Positions 39,186 to 51,300 of a stretch of DNA of 64,000 nucleotides are shown one piece after another. Made by a program: the position numbers and the translations under genes. This DNA is from an uncultured virus (IMG/VR IMGVR_UViG_3300023274_000001) (taxonomy: Duplodnaviria > Heunggongvirae > Uroviricota > Caudoviricetes), in the IMG/VR virus record IMGVR_UViG_3300023274_000001, positions 64,001-128,000 of that record; one strand, given 5' to 3'. Every line of letters starts with the position of its first letter. Position 1 is the stretch's first letter. The notes under the pieces are model-generated. The model saw only the letters and a list, made by a program, of their open reading frames with translations, was not told where the DNA came from and searched no databases.

Positions 39186-39584
39186 ATGGGTGCTGTCACG
39201 CTGGCCAAGCTGAGCGACGGAACGCGGGAGGACTTCCCGGGGGTCGGAATGAACTCCGGCGCGGGGGAACTCCAGTTCATCGGCGGAATGCCGACGCGCA
39301 AGATCGACGGTCCGCTGATCATGGTGGCCGGGATGCGCGTCAACCTGCCGGAGTCGGTCAAGGTCCCGGGTCCGCGCCGGGTGCGCGCGGTTGCCGTGGC
39401 CGTGGAGCGCGACGGGTTCCGGGACGCGGCCGAAACCGTGCCCAGCTACCGGGGCGTCGTGATCACGGCGGACGGTGACGAGTACCGGACGGGCCCGCGC
39501 GGTGAGATGGAGTACGTGCGCCGCGAGTGGCTGCGTCTGGCCGTGGAGTCGGGGACGTTCCGCCGTGTCGCCCGGATGAGCTAA
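39186..39584 (+). CDS. Hypothetical protein
   Basis: Strong RBS. Confidence 0.7.
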   Translation: MGAVTLAKLSDGTREDFPGVGMNSGAGELQFIGGMPTRKIDGPLIMVAGMRVNLPESVKVPGPRRVRAVAVAVERDGFRDAAETVPSYRGVVITADGDEYRTGPRGEMEYVRREWLRLAVESGTFRRVARMS

Positions 39585-39639
39585 CATCCGGGACGTGGCC
39601 TAGGTCAGACAGGAACATCGGGAAGGGAGAAACGGGATC

Positions 39640-40023
39640 ATGCAGGAATCGATGACGCGCGGTGAGTGGTGGGACGAGTCGGCCCCGTACGGTGCGAACG
39701 GGTACACGTTCGGACGCGGTGAGCGGGTCACGGGCGCTCAGGTCGCGCGGGAGGTCACGTTCGACATGCAGCCGGGCGACCCGAACTGTGTGGCGCGGGG
39801 CGTGGCGGAGATGACCGACGGCCGCGTGTACATGTTCACGGTCGTGCGGGAGGACTTCGCCCGGAACTGCCCGGCGGACGGACGTAAGCGGCGGCGGTTC
39901 GCCTCCCTGTCGCGCCTGCCGTTCCGGGAGGCGGCATTCGACCTGATGGCATGGGAGATCGCCGGGCACCGTATCCGCCCGGCGGATGTCCCGGAGTACA
40001 CACGTCAGATTCACGCGCTCTGA
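39640..40023 (+). CDS. Hypothetical protein
   Basis: Strong RBS. Confidence 0.7.
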   Translation: MQESMTRGEWWDESAPYGANGYTFGRGERVTGAQVAREVTFDMQPGDPNCVARGVAEMTDGRVYMFTVVREDFARNCPADGRKRRRFASLSRLPFREAAFDLMAWEIAGHRIRPADVPEYTRQIHAL

Positions 40024-40147
40024 CGTCGGGGAGACGCCCTAGGCGAACCGGTCCGGGAACGGACCGGGGCGCCGGGAGTGCCGCCCGGCACTGCGGGCCC
40101 GGTCACATCGGACCGGGGCCATTGGTTCGGAAAGAGAGAAGATCAAC

Positions 40148-40552
40148 ATGCGTGCAGCATTCGCGGGAATCCTCGCCGGTCTCGTCGCCCTGTTCTCGCT
40201 GAGCGGGAGCGCGGAAGCGGCCCCGTCGGTCAAGCGTCCGGCCGTCAAGTCGGTCTGCGAGACCGGGAGCCGGGGACAGAAGGCGTACGACGCGAAGTGC
40301 CTGAAGACCGGGACCGTGATGGACGGCGTGAACCTGTGGTTCCGCTACATCGACGGCGGCGCGGTGAGCAAGGCCGACCGCAAGGCGTTCTGCAAGGACG
40401 CGACCAGCACGGGCCACACCCGCGCCGGGATCATCGACGGCCTGTTCGATGTCGCGTACGACAACTACCGCAACCACACCCGCATGCTCTCGATCGCCGG
40501 GACCGTCGGCGTGTGGGACTGCCAGGCCCTCGGGGTCAAGATCAAGAAGTAG
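40148..40552 (+). CDS. Secreted Cys-containing protein
   Basis: Signal peptide ending AEA; four Cys. Confidence 0.75.
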   Translation: MRAAFAGILAGLVALFSLSGSAEAAPSVKRPAVKSVCETGSRGQKAYDAKCLKTGTVMDGVNLWFRYIDGGAVSKADRKAFCKDATSTGHTRAGIIDGLFDVAYDNYRNHTRMLSIAGTVGVWDCQALGVKIKK

Positions 40553-40644
40553 TCCGGCCGGACCGGCGGACGGGAGCGCGCGGGAGGGGGGCCCGCGCGT
40601 TCCAGCCTGCTTGTCCAGCGGGAACCGAGGAGAGGGAGAAGATC

Positions 40645-40962
40645 ATGGCGAAACTTTCTGCGGCCGGACGGCTCGTGATGTTCCTGGTCGACAGTCCGCA
40701 CGCGCGCGTCAGCTACTCGCTGGGGGGCGGATTCAGTCCGTCGGTCATCGCGTCCATGGAGCGGGGGCACGGTACGAAGTCGAACCCGCGCGCTGACACG
40801 GTCCTGAAGCTGATCGACGTCGGCGTGCTGGAAGGGGCGGAGTTCGCGGATCTGAAGCTGACCGCGCGGGGCCGGACGATCCTGGCCGAACAGCAGGCGC
40901 TCGGGTGGGAGCTGGTCACCGGGACCGGCCACAAGCCGCGCATGCAGCAGAAGGGGAAGTGA
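40645..40962 (+). CDS. Putative HTH DNA-binding protein
   Basis: FSPSVIASMERG...NPRADTVLKL (XRE-like). Confidence 0.55.
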   Translation: MAKLSAAGRLVMFLVDSPHARVSYSLGGGFSPSVIASMERGHGTKSNPRADTVLKLIDVGVLEGAEFADLKLTARGRTILAEQQALGWELVTGTGHKPRMQQKGK

Positions 40963-41048
40963 CCGGCTGACGGGAGCGCCCCGGGGGCAACTCCGGGGCG
41001 CTGACGCCAACTTGTCACGGACGGAACCGAGGAAAGGGAGAAACGGGA

Positions 41049-41585
41049 ATGATCAAGCCGTACGGAATCAAGGTCACCGCGTACCGGGAGGGTTCGGACT
41101 CCGGCATGTACCACGTGCGGGAGTTCGACGCGCCGGGACGTGCGGAAGCGGTCGCGGCCGTGCGTTCGTGGCTGCTGGTCGAGGGGTACGACGCCGACCA
41201 GTCCAAGATCGAAGTGGTGGCGGACGGGATGACCCTCGCCGACCACATGTCCCGGGAGCTGGTGAACCTGGGGGCCCGCATGTCCCTGCGTCACGGCGTG
41301 AGCATGGACGGCCCGCGCACGTGGGTGGACGGGAACGGCGAGAGGGGCGCGGCCGTCAAGCTATGGGCGGCGAACGGGCGCGGCGTGTCGGTCTCGTCGA
41401 AGCTGGACGAAAACGGGTTCATTCACTCGGAGTTCGCGGCGATCCGGGAGGACGCGGCCGACCGGCACGGGTGGGTGTTCGACGACGCGGCGCAGCACTA
41501 CCCGGAGCGCACGACAGTCGGGGACGGGTTCGACGGTGACGTGTCGGAGATGCTGACGCGCATCGTCGGCCTGCCCCGGAAGTAA
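41049..41585 (+). CDS. Hypothetical protein
   Basis: Strong RBS. Confidence 0.7.
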   Translation: MIKPYGIKVTAYREGSDSGMYHVREFDAPGRAEAVAAVRSWLLVEGYDADQSKIEVVADGMTLADHMSRELVNLGARMSLRHGVSMDGPRTWVDGNGERGAAVKLWAANGRGVSVSSKLDENGFIHSEFAAIREDAADRHGWVFDDAAQHYPERTTVGDGFDGDVSEMLTRIVGLPRK

Positions 41586-41698
41586 CGAACGGGTCACGAT
41601 GTAGGCGGACGGGAGCGCCCGGGTCCTCCGGGCGTTCCAGCCGGTCTATGATCGGGCAACGGCCTAGGCCGAACGGGAACGCGGAGAGGGAGAAGATC

Positions 41699-42046
41699 AT
41701 GGCTCAGAAGAAGCGGAACGCACCGTCGGGCAACGTCGCGTGGCGTGAGTTCATGAACGTCGTCACGGCGGGACGCGGCGGGGAGTACGGGCGCGTCCCG
41801 CGTGGCGGTCTCGCGGTCGGCGCGAACCCCACGGAAGAGCTGACGTGGCTTCCGGCGGAGTGGGACGCGGACGTGGAGCACGCTTCCCACGTCGTCTACC
41901 ACTACGGGACGCCGGTCGCGTGGATCGACGAGCGTAACGGCGGGTGGGTCGTGCCGGAGGTGAACTACACCCCGCAGACCAGCGGCGTACAGAACCGCAT
42001 CCGGGAGTACCTGGGCGCCGGGTTCCGCACCACGGTCAAGATCTGA
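41699..42046 (+). CDS. Conserved phage early protein
   Basis: VVYHYGTPVAW...YTPQTSGVQN motif. Confidence 0.7.
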   Translation: MAQKKRNAPSGNVAWREFMNVVTAGRGGEYGRVPRGGLAVGANPTEELTWLPAEWDADVEHASHVVYHYGTPVAWIDERNGGWVVPEVNYTPQTSGVQNRIREYLGAGFRTTVKI

Positions 42047-42135
42047 CGGACGGGCGCGCGGTCGCGTTCGGGAGCGCGCGGGGATCCGTCCCCGCTCGTT
42101 CCAGTGCACGACCGGACGACGGAAAGAGGGAAGAC

Positions 42136-45100
42136 ATGGCGACGTACGACTACCTGAAGCCCGGCGAGGCGCTGGCCAGGGCGCACGAGAGCGCGCGGGA
42201 CTTCGAGAAGATCATCGGGCTGCGCGGGATGGACGCCGACAACATCCGGCCCCGGATCGAGCGGACGCGGGCCGGGTACATGCACCCGCCCGTCGACACG
42301 TGGCGCGCATACGGGAGCCGCGACAAGATGCGGGAGATCGTCAAGGTCGAGAGGACGACCGGCGACGCGGACCCCGGGACGATTACGGTCACGTTCAAGA
42401 ACGACGACGGCACGGAAGAGTCGACGTACCTGCACAGGTTCGATCTGCTCTGTGTCGAACGCCCCATCTGACGCGGTCGCGTTCGGGAGTGCCGGAGGGG
42501 GACCGGCATTCCAGTGCATGACCGACGGAAGGGAGAAACGGAAGCATGGACACGACGCGACAGAGGATCGACGACATCGCGCGGGGTTCGCTGATTCAGA
42601 CGGCGGGCGGGTTCGTGATCGCCGACCTGGACGGCTGGACCCCCGGGAGCGGTGACGGGCGGGTCGAGCCGCAACAGTTCCTGTATGACACGGACGGGCG
42701 GCGCCACTTCCCGAACGCGGACGGGGTCCTGATCACCGGGATCGCCACGTTCCGCACGCAGGAGTACGGCAAGGTGCCCGGGAAGAACACGCAGGGTCAC
42801 GCGCTGCTCAACCTGGTACCGGGTCAGCCTCCGGCCGGTCTCTGCCCGGCGTCCCGGAACCTGGGCAATGCTCTGTCGGTCTGGTCGTCGGGGACGGCGC
42901 TCACGGGTGTCACGTGCCGGGCGTGCCGGAAGATGATCGGCCTGGTCAACACGGGTGCGCCCCGGCAGAGCAACGGAATCTGATCATGGACGAGTTCGCC
43001 TACTACTCCCCCGGCGCGAAAGCCGGGACGCTCCACATGCGGGAGCTGACGGACGACGTATTGCGCACGATCGCCCGGGACCGGGACCACGTGACCCCGG
43101 AGTTCCGGGAGGTCTACGCGTTCATGGAGACGGTCAAGGACGGCGACCGCCCGACGAACGCCGATTGGGTCACCGGGAGGGCGATCGACGAACTGTTCGA
43201 CCGGGGCCGGATCGACGGGGAGCGGTACGACCACATGCGACGGGAGGCGGGGCTGTGAAGCTGATCGCCGTTGACCCGTGGGACTGCGGGTGCACGGAGT
43301 GCATCACGGGCGAGTACGTGCCCCTGCGGTACGCCACGGATGAGCAGGTCGCCGACCTGATCGCGGGGAGGCTGCGCAACAACCTGAACTCCGGTACCCA
43401 ACTGGAGATCCGCACCACGTACGCGACGGAGGGCGGGAAGCTGGTGTTCCACGACGTCACCGTGACGTACGAGCACCACGACGGACAGACGCGGGAGTGG
43501 TCGCCGGACCCGTACCGGATGGGTCTCGCCGCGTAGTAACGCACGGAAGTGATGGACGGATGCGGGGCCCACACGGGCCCGGCCGGAAGGGAGAACACGA
43601 TGGGTCGCACGGTCGAGGAGTTTCACGGTCTGCTGGCTGACCTGCTGAGCAACACGCGCCGGAAGCATGACGGGCGCCCCGGTCCGGGACAGCCCGGTTA
43701 CCTGAGTGACGAGTCGGCCGACGCGGTGACCATGTGGCGGCACATGGCGCACATGGCGCACTCGTACGCGAACGGGGCCGACGTGCGCGGGATCCGGCCG
43801 ACAGGGTCGGACCTGTGGGAGGACGGCATGGACCGGGGGAAGTTCCTGGCCCTGATCACCGAGCGGTCCCGCATCCTGCGCGCGGTGAAGCGCGGGGGCG
43901 ACATGGACACGATGCTCGTGGACGACTCCGTGCGGTACTGGGAGTTCACCCTGGCCCTGTCCACGGTCACGAACGACGAACACGCCGAGTCGGCCCGGCA
44001 GAACGGGAACCGGGAGGCCGCGCGCCGGATCATGCTGGAAACGGAGATCGACCTGGCCCTGATCCGGGCGTACACGGACGTCGACATCGCGACCCTGCGC
44101 CGCACGCTGCGGGAGTGCGAGGGTGAGCGCCCCGTGTCGCCGGGCCGGAACGGTGACGGCTCCCGCAAGTGGGAGCCGCACCCGCTGTTCGACCTGATCA
44201 CGGCCAACCGGCCGACGGTCTGAAGCTACGGAGCGCCGCTGTTCGGGCGGGCGCGGGATTGCGGTCCCGCATCCGTCCGTGTGGTGACGGTTCGACGGAA
44301 GGGGAAGAGATGCGAGCGACGACGACGGACCGAGTGGCTGTGTTCATCCAGCCGGGGGACGAGATCGTGAACAGTCGGGCGGAGGTGCACGACGTGTTCA
44401 AGGTGCTGCACTCCGGCTACGGGTTCGCGGGAGTGCTGCTGACGCAGCGCCCGACGGAGACCGGCAAGGGGATGCGGTACGCGCTGTGGATCGTCACCCC
44501 GGAGGGGGACGTGCGGGCCACGATGACGACGGACGACTTCCCGGCAGTGACGGGCGCGTTCATGGCGCGTGCGAACGACATGGTCCGGGAGGGCGCACGG
44601 TGAAGCACACGTACGTGTACCGGCTCCCGAAGGGGAAGCGGTGGCTGTGGACGGCGGGACGTGCGGGCGCGGCCGACCTGTTCCTGTCCCCCGAGACGGG
44701 TGACGGGACGGATCCGGACTGGCAGGGGTACATCGGTCTGTCGAATCACCTCGGTCACATGGAAGAGCTGTTCCGCAAGGCGATCGAGGACGAGCCGCGC
44801 GTGTGCATCGGCAAGCACTACATGATCCCGGGGTCGCTCTGTGAGGTCTCGCAGGAACGGGAAAGCCTGGCCAGTGAGACGGTCCGGCTGGTCACCCTGT
44901 GGACATGGGATGCGCCCGTACTGGAAGGGACCACACTGTCCCGGCTGCGCATGACCCTGAACCGGCCGACGGACGCGGAGGGGATGAGCAGCCGGGCCGA
45001 GCGGATGGCATTCCTGGCGGAGAACGAGGGGCACCGGATCGTACCGGTGTGGATGTGACGGAGCGCAGTGCTTCGGGCCTGCACGGGAGTGATTCCGTGC

Positions 45101-47187
45101 GGGTCCGTGGTGCCGGGCGGTCCGGCCGGAAGGGAGATTGATCATGGGTAAGACGCTGGACGAGTTGCTGCACGGGCCGAGCGCGCTCCCCGTGCTGGTC
45201 AAGGCCGACGGGACGTTCGAGACGGCGGCGTACCCGCCCCCGACCCTCGCCGAGTACGCGCCGGAGTCGATCGACGTCGACTATGAGGGCTCGTTCGAGG
45301 ACGGGCAGATTCTCGACCACCACGAGCGGGACGCGATCAGCTCCGTCGAGAACGGATGGACCGTGCTCACGGGATGGTCGGCGGACCCGTCCCTGTTCAT
45401 CATGCGCAACGACCAGTACATCGGCGGAGCCCTGGCCGAGCACATCGCCGAGACGCCGGGCCTGTGGGCGGTCGTCTCCGTCGAGATGCACCCGCACGCG
45501 TGCGGCGCCGGGAAGGACGGGATGCCGTGCCCGGAGTGGGACGAGCACGAGACGTGCGAGCACGCCGAGGGGGGCGAGTCGGACGGAGTCGGGTGGGCGC
45601 TGGTTCACCGGGAGCCGCAGGACGACAACGCCTGACGGGAAGGGAACGGAAGTGCTGTACGCGATCTACGTTCCGACCGCCCGCACCCCGACGTCCGGTC
45701 TGGAAGTCGAGCGCCTGCCCTCACGGGAGCAGGCGGGGCGGTGCCTGCTGGAACGGAACCTGTTGGGTGCCGGGCGAACCTGGTTCCTGGGAGACGAGCC
45801 GTCCCGGTACGGAGCGCACCGGCCGGTGAGGGAGTGGGCCGACGCGGACGAGACCGGTTACATGCGGGTCTTCCTGCGCAAGGCCACGGAGCCGGTTCCC
45901 CGGCCGCTGGACACGCCTCATGAGGAGTGGCTGGTCAACCCGGGAGGCAAGCGCGGGGTCGTGGTCCGGCTCCCGTGGGAGGCGGCCGACGGCGAAGTGG
46001 TGCGACTGCTCAAGGACGGGTTGCGGGTACTGCCGTCCGGTACGGTTCCGGCCCCGGCGCCCCGCAGCCGGACGATTGTGGCGCATGCGCCGCTGGTCGT
46101 GGCGCCCCGGCCGGTCTGCGGGAGTTGCTTTCAGGTCAAGCACCCTACGGCCGGGTGTGGTTGCCCGGATACGGGCGCGGCCCTGGTGATGGAGATGCAG
46201 CGGCCGACCCGGGATGGATGGGAGGAGTGCCCGGGGTGCGGCAAGGCGGTATCCGCGTACGCGCGGTGTGGTTGTTCGTGATCGAGTCAGGCAGGGAGAG
46301 GAACGGATGAGCAGCGGAGACGGACCCCGGGAGATCGTCGTTCGGCACAAGCAGAACGTCTTGCGCGGGGTGCCGACGATGGGCGTCGGTGCGCAGGACA
46401 AGCAGACGGGGGCGCACATCTGGCTCCCGTCCCCGATCAGGGACGGTGACCGGTTCACGGAGGGCCGGGAGGCGGCGGAGGTCGTGGCCCGGAAGCTGCT
46501 GCCGGACGGCGCGCGGCTGCTGTGGAGCCGGGACACCCCGGAGACGTACGTCTTCACGGTGGCGGGTGCATGATCTTCGGTCTCGTGTTCGTCCTGTACT
46601 TCGGGTGCGGCCTGACCTGCATGGGCCTGCGGTACCTGTGGGCGGGATTGCGCAAGATCAGAGACGGCAACGCCGGGTGATCTGAGGCATTCGGGAGGAT
46701 TCGGGACCGGGTTCGGTCCGGTTCCGAGTCTTCCAGTGTGTTCCTGATCGGTCGAATGGTCATGAACCGGACGGAAAGGATGTAAACGGTGAAAGCTGAG
46801 CGAATGAAGTTCACGGGGGCGTTCGTCGAGGAGGTGGCGGCCCGGGTCGAGAAGATCACGGGCGGCATGTTCAAGCTGGGGCCGGTCGGCTCGCACCCGG
46901 AGCACGGGACGTCGTACGCCGACGCCCGGGATGACCGGGTGTGGTACGGACCGCAGGGAGCCCGGCAGGCGTGCGCGTTCTACACGGCCGCCGCGATGCG
47001 GTACCTGCACCTGATGGGCATCGAGCCCGACGGGGACGACGGCGAGTTCTTGCTGGCCGTGCAGGTGGCGTACTCCCGCTACGGGGCGACCGCCCGGGAG
47101 CGCGTCGACTACCACGAGTGGGAGATGCGCGGCGGCGACCGGGCGCAGGAACTGATCAACGCCGCCGAGGGCGACGCGCGCAACTGA
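42136..47187 (+). other. Array of small hypothetical genes: 42136-42471, 42546-42983, 42986-43258, 43255-43536, 43600-44223, 44310-44603, 44600-45058, 45144-45635, 45652-46281, 46307-46573, 46570-46680, 46789-47187
   Basis: Each has a purine-rich RBS or overlapping start/stop and high-GC3 codon usage. Confidence 0.7.
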
Positions 47188-47220
47188 CCAGCGGTACACG
47201 ACGGAAGGGAAGAACGGGAC

Positions 47221-47736
47221 ATGACGAACCTGATCACGCTGGAGAACGGCAACCAGGTCGAGCCGGGATGCTGGTTCGACGGGGCGCACGGGTGGACGAA
47301 CTCGTACCGGGTCGTCGACCTGGCCGTGCATCACGGGATGGAGCTGGACGCCGAGGACGCGGCGGTCGTCGAGTGGTACCGCAACTCCGGGGACTCCGAC
47401 GCGGACGCCTCGGACGACGAGCTGAGCAAGCTGGAAGCGATGACCGGTCAGGGCGGCCTCTCCGACAAGGCGACGGACTACCTGATGGAGCAGCTTCCCG
47501 AGGGCTGGACGCTGCGCTGGGACGACGGCCTGACCTGTCTGCGGGACTGGGAGGACTGCGCGGCCGACGGCAACGGGTGCGAGGTCGACGTGGACACGGC
47601 CGGGAACATCGTGCTGGTCAAGCGGTGTGCCGACCACAACCCCTGTGAGGGTCACGTCGACACGGACGACGCGCTGACCTCCGGCGCGGGCATCGGGGAG
47701 GCCGTCTACTGCGACGGGTCGTGCGTCAAGCGCTGA
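47221..47736 (+). CDS. Acidic hypothetical protein
   Basis: RBS; D/E-rich. Confidence 0.7.
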   Translation: MTNLITLENGNQVEPGCWFDGAHGWTNSYRVVDLAVHHGMELDAEDAAVVEWYRNSGDSDADASDDELSKLEAMTGQGGLSDKATDYLMEQLPEGWTLRWDDGLTCLRDWEDCAADGNGCEVDVDTAGNIVLVKRCADHNPCEGHVDTDDALTSGAGIGEAVYCDGSCVKR

Positions 47737-47809
47737 CCATCCGCGCACTTCGGGCGGGCATCCGGGAGACCGGGTGCCCCACCGTGGACCACGGAAGGGA
47801 GATCGGGAA

Positions 47810-48343
47810 GTGACCGACATTCAGATCAAGGACAAGGACGCGTATCCGCTGAGCCTGTGGCGTGAAGCGCTGGAGGTGGCGGAGGTGGCGGAGTTCTGCC
47901 CCACCGACACCCGGGAGCACAACGGCGGGGAGCTGGGGGCGCTCGGGGCGTGGCTGTGTGACGAGCTGTACGGGAAGCCGGTCAACCCGGACAACGCCCG
48001 GGAGGACAAGGGCGAGATCGTCACGGAGCAGATCATCGATGGCGCGCTGGCCGTGCTCGACCAGGAGGACCGGGAAATCGTCACCCCGGCCGACCTGCGC
48101 AAGGTGATCGAGTCGTATCGGGGCGAGACCTTCGACGATTTCGAAGAGCTGGCCCGGGACTACGCCGAGGCCGACTACATCGGCCCGGACGACGAGAACC
48201 CGGCGCTCGCGGAGTGGGAGGGATTCAACTCCCCGGAGGACTTCGAGCGCTGGTACACCCGGTACGCCACGGGCGAGGGTGAGGTCTGCGGGGAGATCCG
48301 CGAGGGCGGGACCCTGATCTGGTTCGACAGGTTCAAGTGGTGA
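47810..48343 (+). CDS. ArdA-like anti-restriction (DNA mimic) protein
   Basis: Very acidic; YRGETFDDFEELARDY...DFERW resembles the ArdA C-terminal domains. Confidence 0.5.
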   Translation: MTDIQIKDKDAYPLSLWREALEVAEVAEFCPTDTREHNGGELGALGAWLCDELYGKPVNPDNAREDKGEIVTEQIIDGALAVLDQEDREIVTPADLRKVIESYRGETFDDFEELARDYAEADYIGPDDENPALAEWEGFNSPEDFERWYTRYATGEGEVCGEIREGGTLIWFDRFKW

Positions 48344-48352
48344 GGTGACGAG

Positions 48353-51300
48353 ATGCACGGATCGTACGACGACATGATGGACTGGAAGTACCGGGAGGAG
48401 AACGGCGGGCGGGAGCGGGAGATCGCCTACATGCCGAACTACACGAACCCGGAACTCCCGGACTACGTCGCTCCCGAGGATCGTGACCCGGAGCTGGAAA
48501 AGGAGATGCACGAGATCTACGCCCGGGACAACGCCGGGCGCGTCGCGCGCAATCACCGGGCCGAGGTCGCCGGTCTGCGGGCGCTGCTCGAAGAGAACGG
48601 GATCGAGATCCCGGACCACCTGTGATCACCGCGTGATTCAGGGGCGCACGGGAGGGGGCTCGTGCGCGCCTGTGTCCCACGGTGGGACCTGATGGACGGA
48701 CGGAAAGGAAGAAACGTGATCAAGAAGCTGAAGGGGATCCTGGGACTGGGCATCGGCCCGTCGGAGTACGCGCCGAACCCGAGCGTGATCGGTTCGGTGG
48801 AGCAGTCGAACGCCGGGAACGCCGTGCTGCGCATCGGCAAGGCGACCGTACCCGACGAGGGCAACCCGTCGTGGACACAGACCGAGTACGTGGTGCTGTC
48901 CCCGGAAGAGCGGGACAATCTGATCGACGTGCTCGACTCGCAGAACGGCTACCGCACGGTCAAGTGCGGCGACATCATCGGCGTCGGCTCCATCGTGCTG
49001 GCCGTGCAGTACGCGAACGGTGCGGGCGGCGGGGAGCGCCGCATCGGTACGGTCCTGGCGTGGACGGACCACAAGCGGGAGTACGTGGTCTACACCGTCG
49101 ACCCGTACGGCGAGGTGAGCAACGGGACGTACACCTTCGACGAGCAGCGGGCGCTGAACGCGTACATCGCCCGGTCCAACGACCACCTGTTCCGCCACTT
49201 CAACGCCAAGCCTCCGGCCATCACGTACGCCCACGTGGCGGAGCGGGACGTCCTGAAGGGCGACCGCGCATGAGCAGCGAACTGACGGGCCTGCGGGTCA
49301 AGGTCGGACTGGCCAACCGGCCGGTCTACGGCGTCGCCCGGGTCCGGTACAACGAGGGCCACGCGCACGCCGGGAAGTACGAGATCGAGACGGCCGACGG
49401 GAAGTCCTTCCTGGCCCCGTTCGACGCATGCAGGCCCGGCGACAACTGGGACGTCACCCCGGAAGAGGGGCGGTTCACGGGGGCGGAGATCTTCCGGCCG
49501 AACTTCCTGGACGGCACCGGCAAGGCTTTCCTGAGCCGTGGCCCCGGGGTCATCGTGCCCGGGAGCATGGCGCAGATGTGGAAGCTGCTCGACCCGGTCC
49601 GGAAGGGCTGGACGGTCGAGTGGTTCAGCCGTGGCGCCAACGAGTTCCGGGGCACGCTCACGGTCGCCGAGCGGGAAGAGGCGGCGTTCCGGATGAGCGG
49701 GAAGCACGCGTTCCACTACACGTGGCCCCAGGTCGGCGAGGAGTTCGAGGTCATCGGCAACACGCTGCACGAGGTGCGGGTGCCGCCGAAGAGGACCGGT
49801 AAGCACCCGTCCCGGTCCCTGTCGCTCACGTTCCACCGACCCTGACGGAAAGAGGGAAGAGCATGACCGGAAGCACCAGATATCCGGCGACGTCGTACGA
49901 CAAGCTGAACGAGGAATGGGAGGTACGGGCGGAGCCGATCACGCAGCTCCGCATCGCCTCGGAACTGGCCCCGTGCGTGAGCGCCGGGATGACCGTGCGC
50001 GGCGGCCCGCTGCGGGCGCAGCTCCCCGACGGTTCGTCCGGACGGGAGATCGGCGCTGTGTCGATCGTGTGGAGTCAGACCGAGCAGGACGACGGCAGTC
50101 GTACGGTGCTCGGGTGGTACGAGTCCGGGCGGAACTGACGTCCGGGTGGCGGCCCGTGCAGGGTGCCGCTAGTCTGGCCTAGGCCGACGGGTTCGGGAGC
50201 GGCCGGTCCTCCGGGATCGGCCGCTGACGTGCCGTGTCGGACGGCGATTGAATCGGAGAGGGAGAAGAACATGGGGACGTATCGCACCGACGGTGAGAAC
50301 GAGATCGGCGTTGCCCTGACGGACTCGTGGGCGGCCGTGTGGACCGTCGACACGGAGTACATCGAGGTCATCCGGCGCGACTTCTGGGACGAGCACAGCG
50401 AGGCGATCAAGGAGTTCGCCGAGCGGGGCCGCGACTTCACCGACGAGGACGGCCACAACGGCACCGTCGCGGTGATCAGCACGAAGGGGGACCTGGACGG
50501 CGAGGGGTTCCCGAAGGAGTTCGACGACGCCTCGGAGTACGTCGCCGACGAGCTGTCCTCGTGGACCAGGTCGGACGGCGGCGCGTACGAGCGGGCCACC
50601 GTTCAGGGATACAGCTACTGACGGGAGCGGTTCGATGCACGGGGAACTGATCAGGTACACGTGGGCACCGAACCCCGGGATGGCCTGGGGTCTGGTTCAC
50701 CTGTCACAGGGCAGGGACGGCGACATGATCGGCGCCTTCGTGTACGAGGACCGCGACGCAGCGCTGAAGGGTGAGAAGCGGGCCGGGAACACGCTGTACC
50801 GGGTGGTGCGGCAGATCCGGCCCGCCGATCAGAGCACCGGGACCCCGGACGCCGGGGCCTACGCCTTCGTGTGCAGCTCCGCCACGGAGTACACCATCTG
50901 GACGAAGCCCACGGTGAACGACGCGGGCGGGAGCGAATACGACGGAGTGTGGTCCTTCCGGGACGCACCGGCCGCCGTGGAGCGCACCGGATGGGCGAAC
51001 AAGGACAACGCGCGGTACGAGGGACCGGACAATCCCCGGTTCGCAACGTTCCTGCTCACGTGGGACGTAACGGAAGAGGAGAGCTGACGTGCAGGAAGTC
51101 ACCCGCTGGGACCAGAAGAAGATCCAGATGTTCGACCGGGGTGACCGGGTCGAGATCGGGCCGGGCGAGGTGGCCACGGTCGAGCACGACATGGGCGGCG
51201 AGGTCGTCCACGTGCACCCGGAAGGGAGCCGGGGCCGGTATCCGCACGACGCCGTGCCGGTCGCCCGGGAGGGTGTGAAGCTGATCCGTCAGACCGTGGA

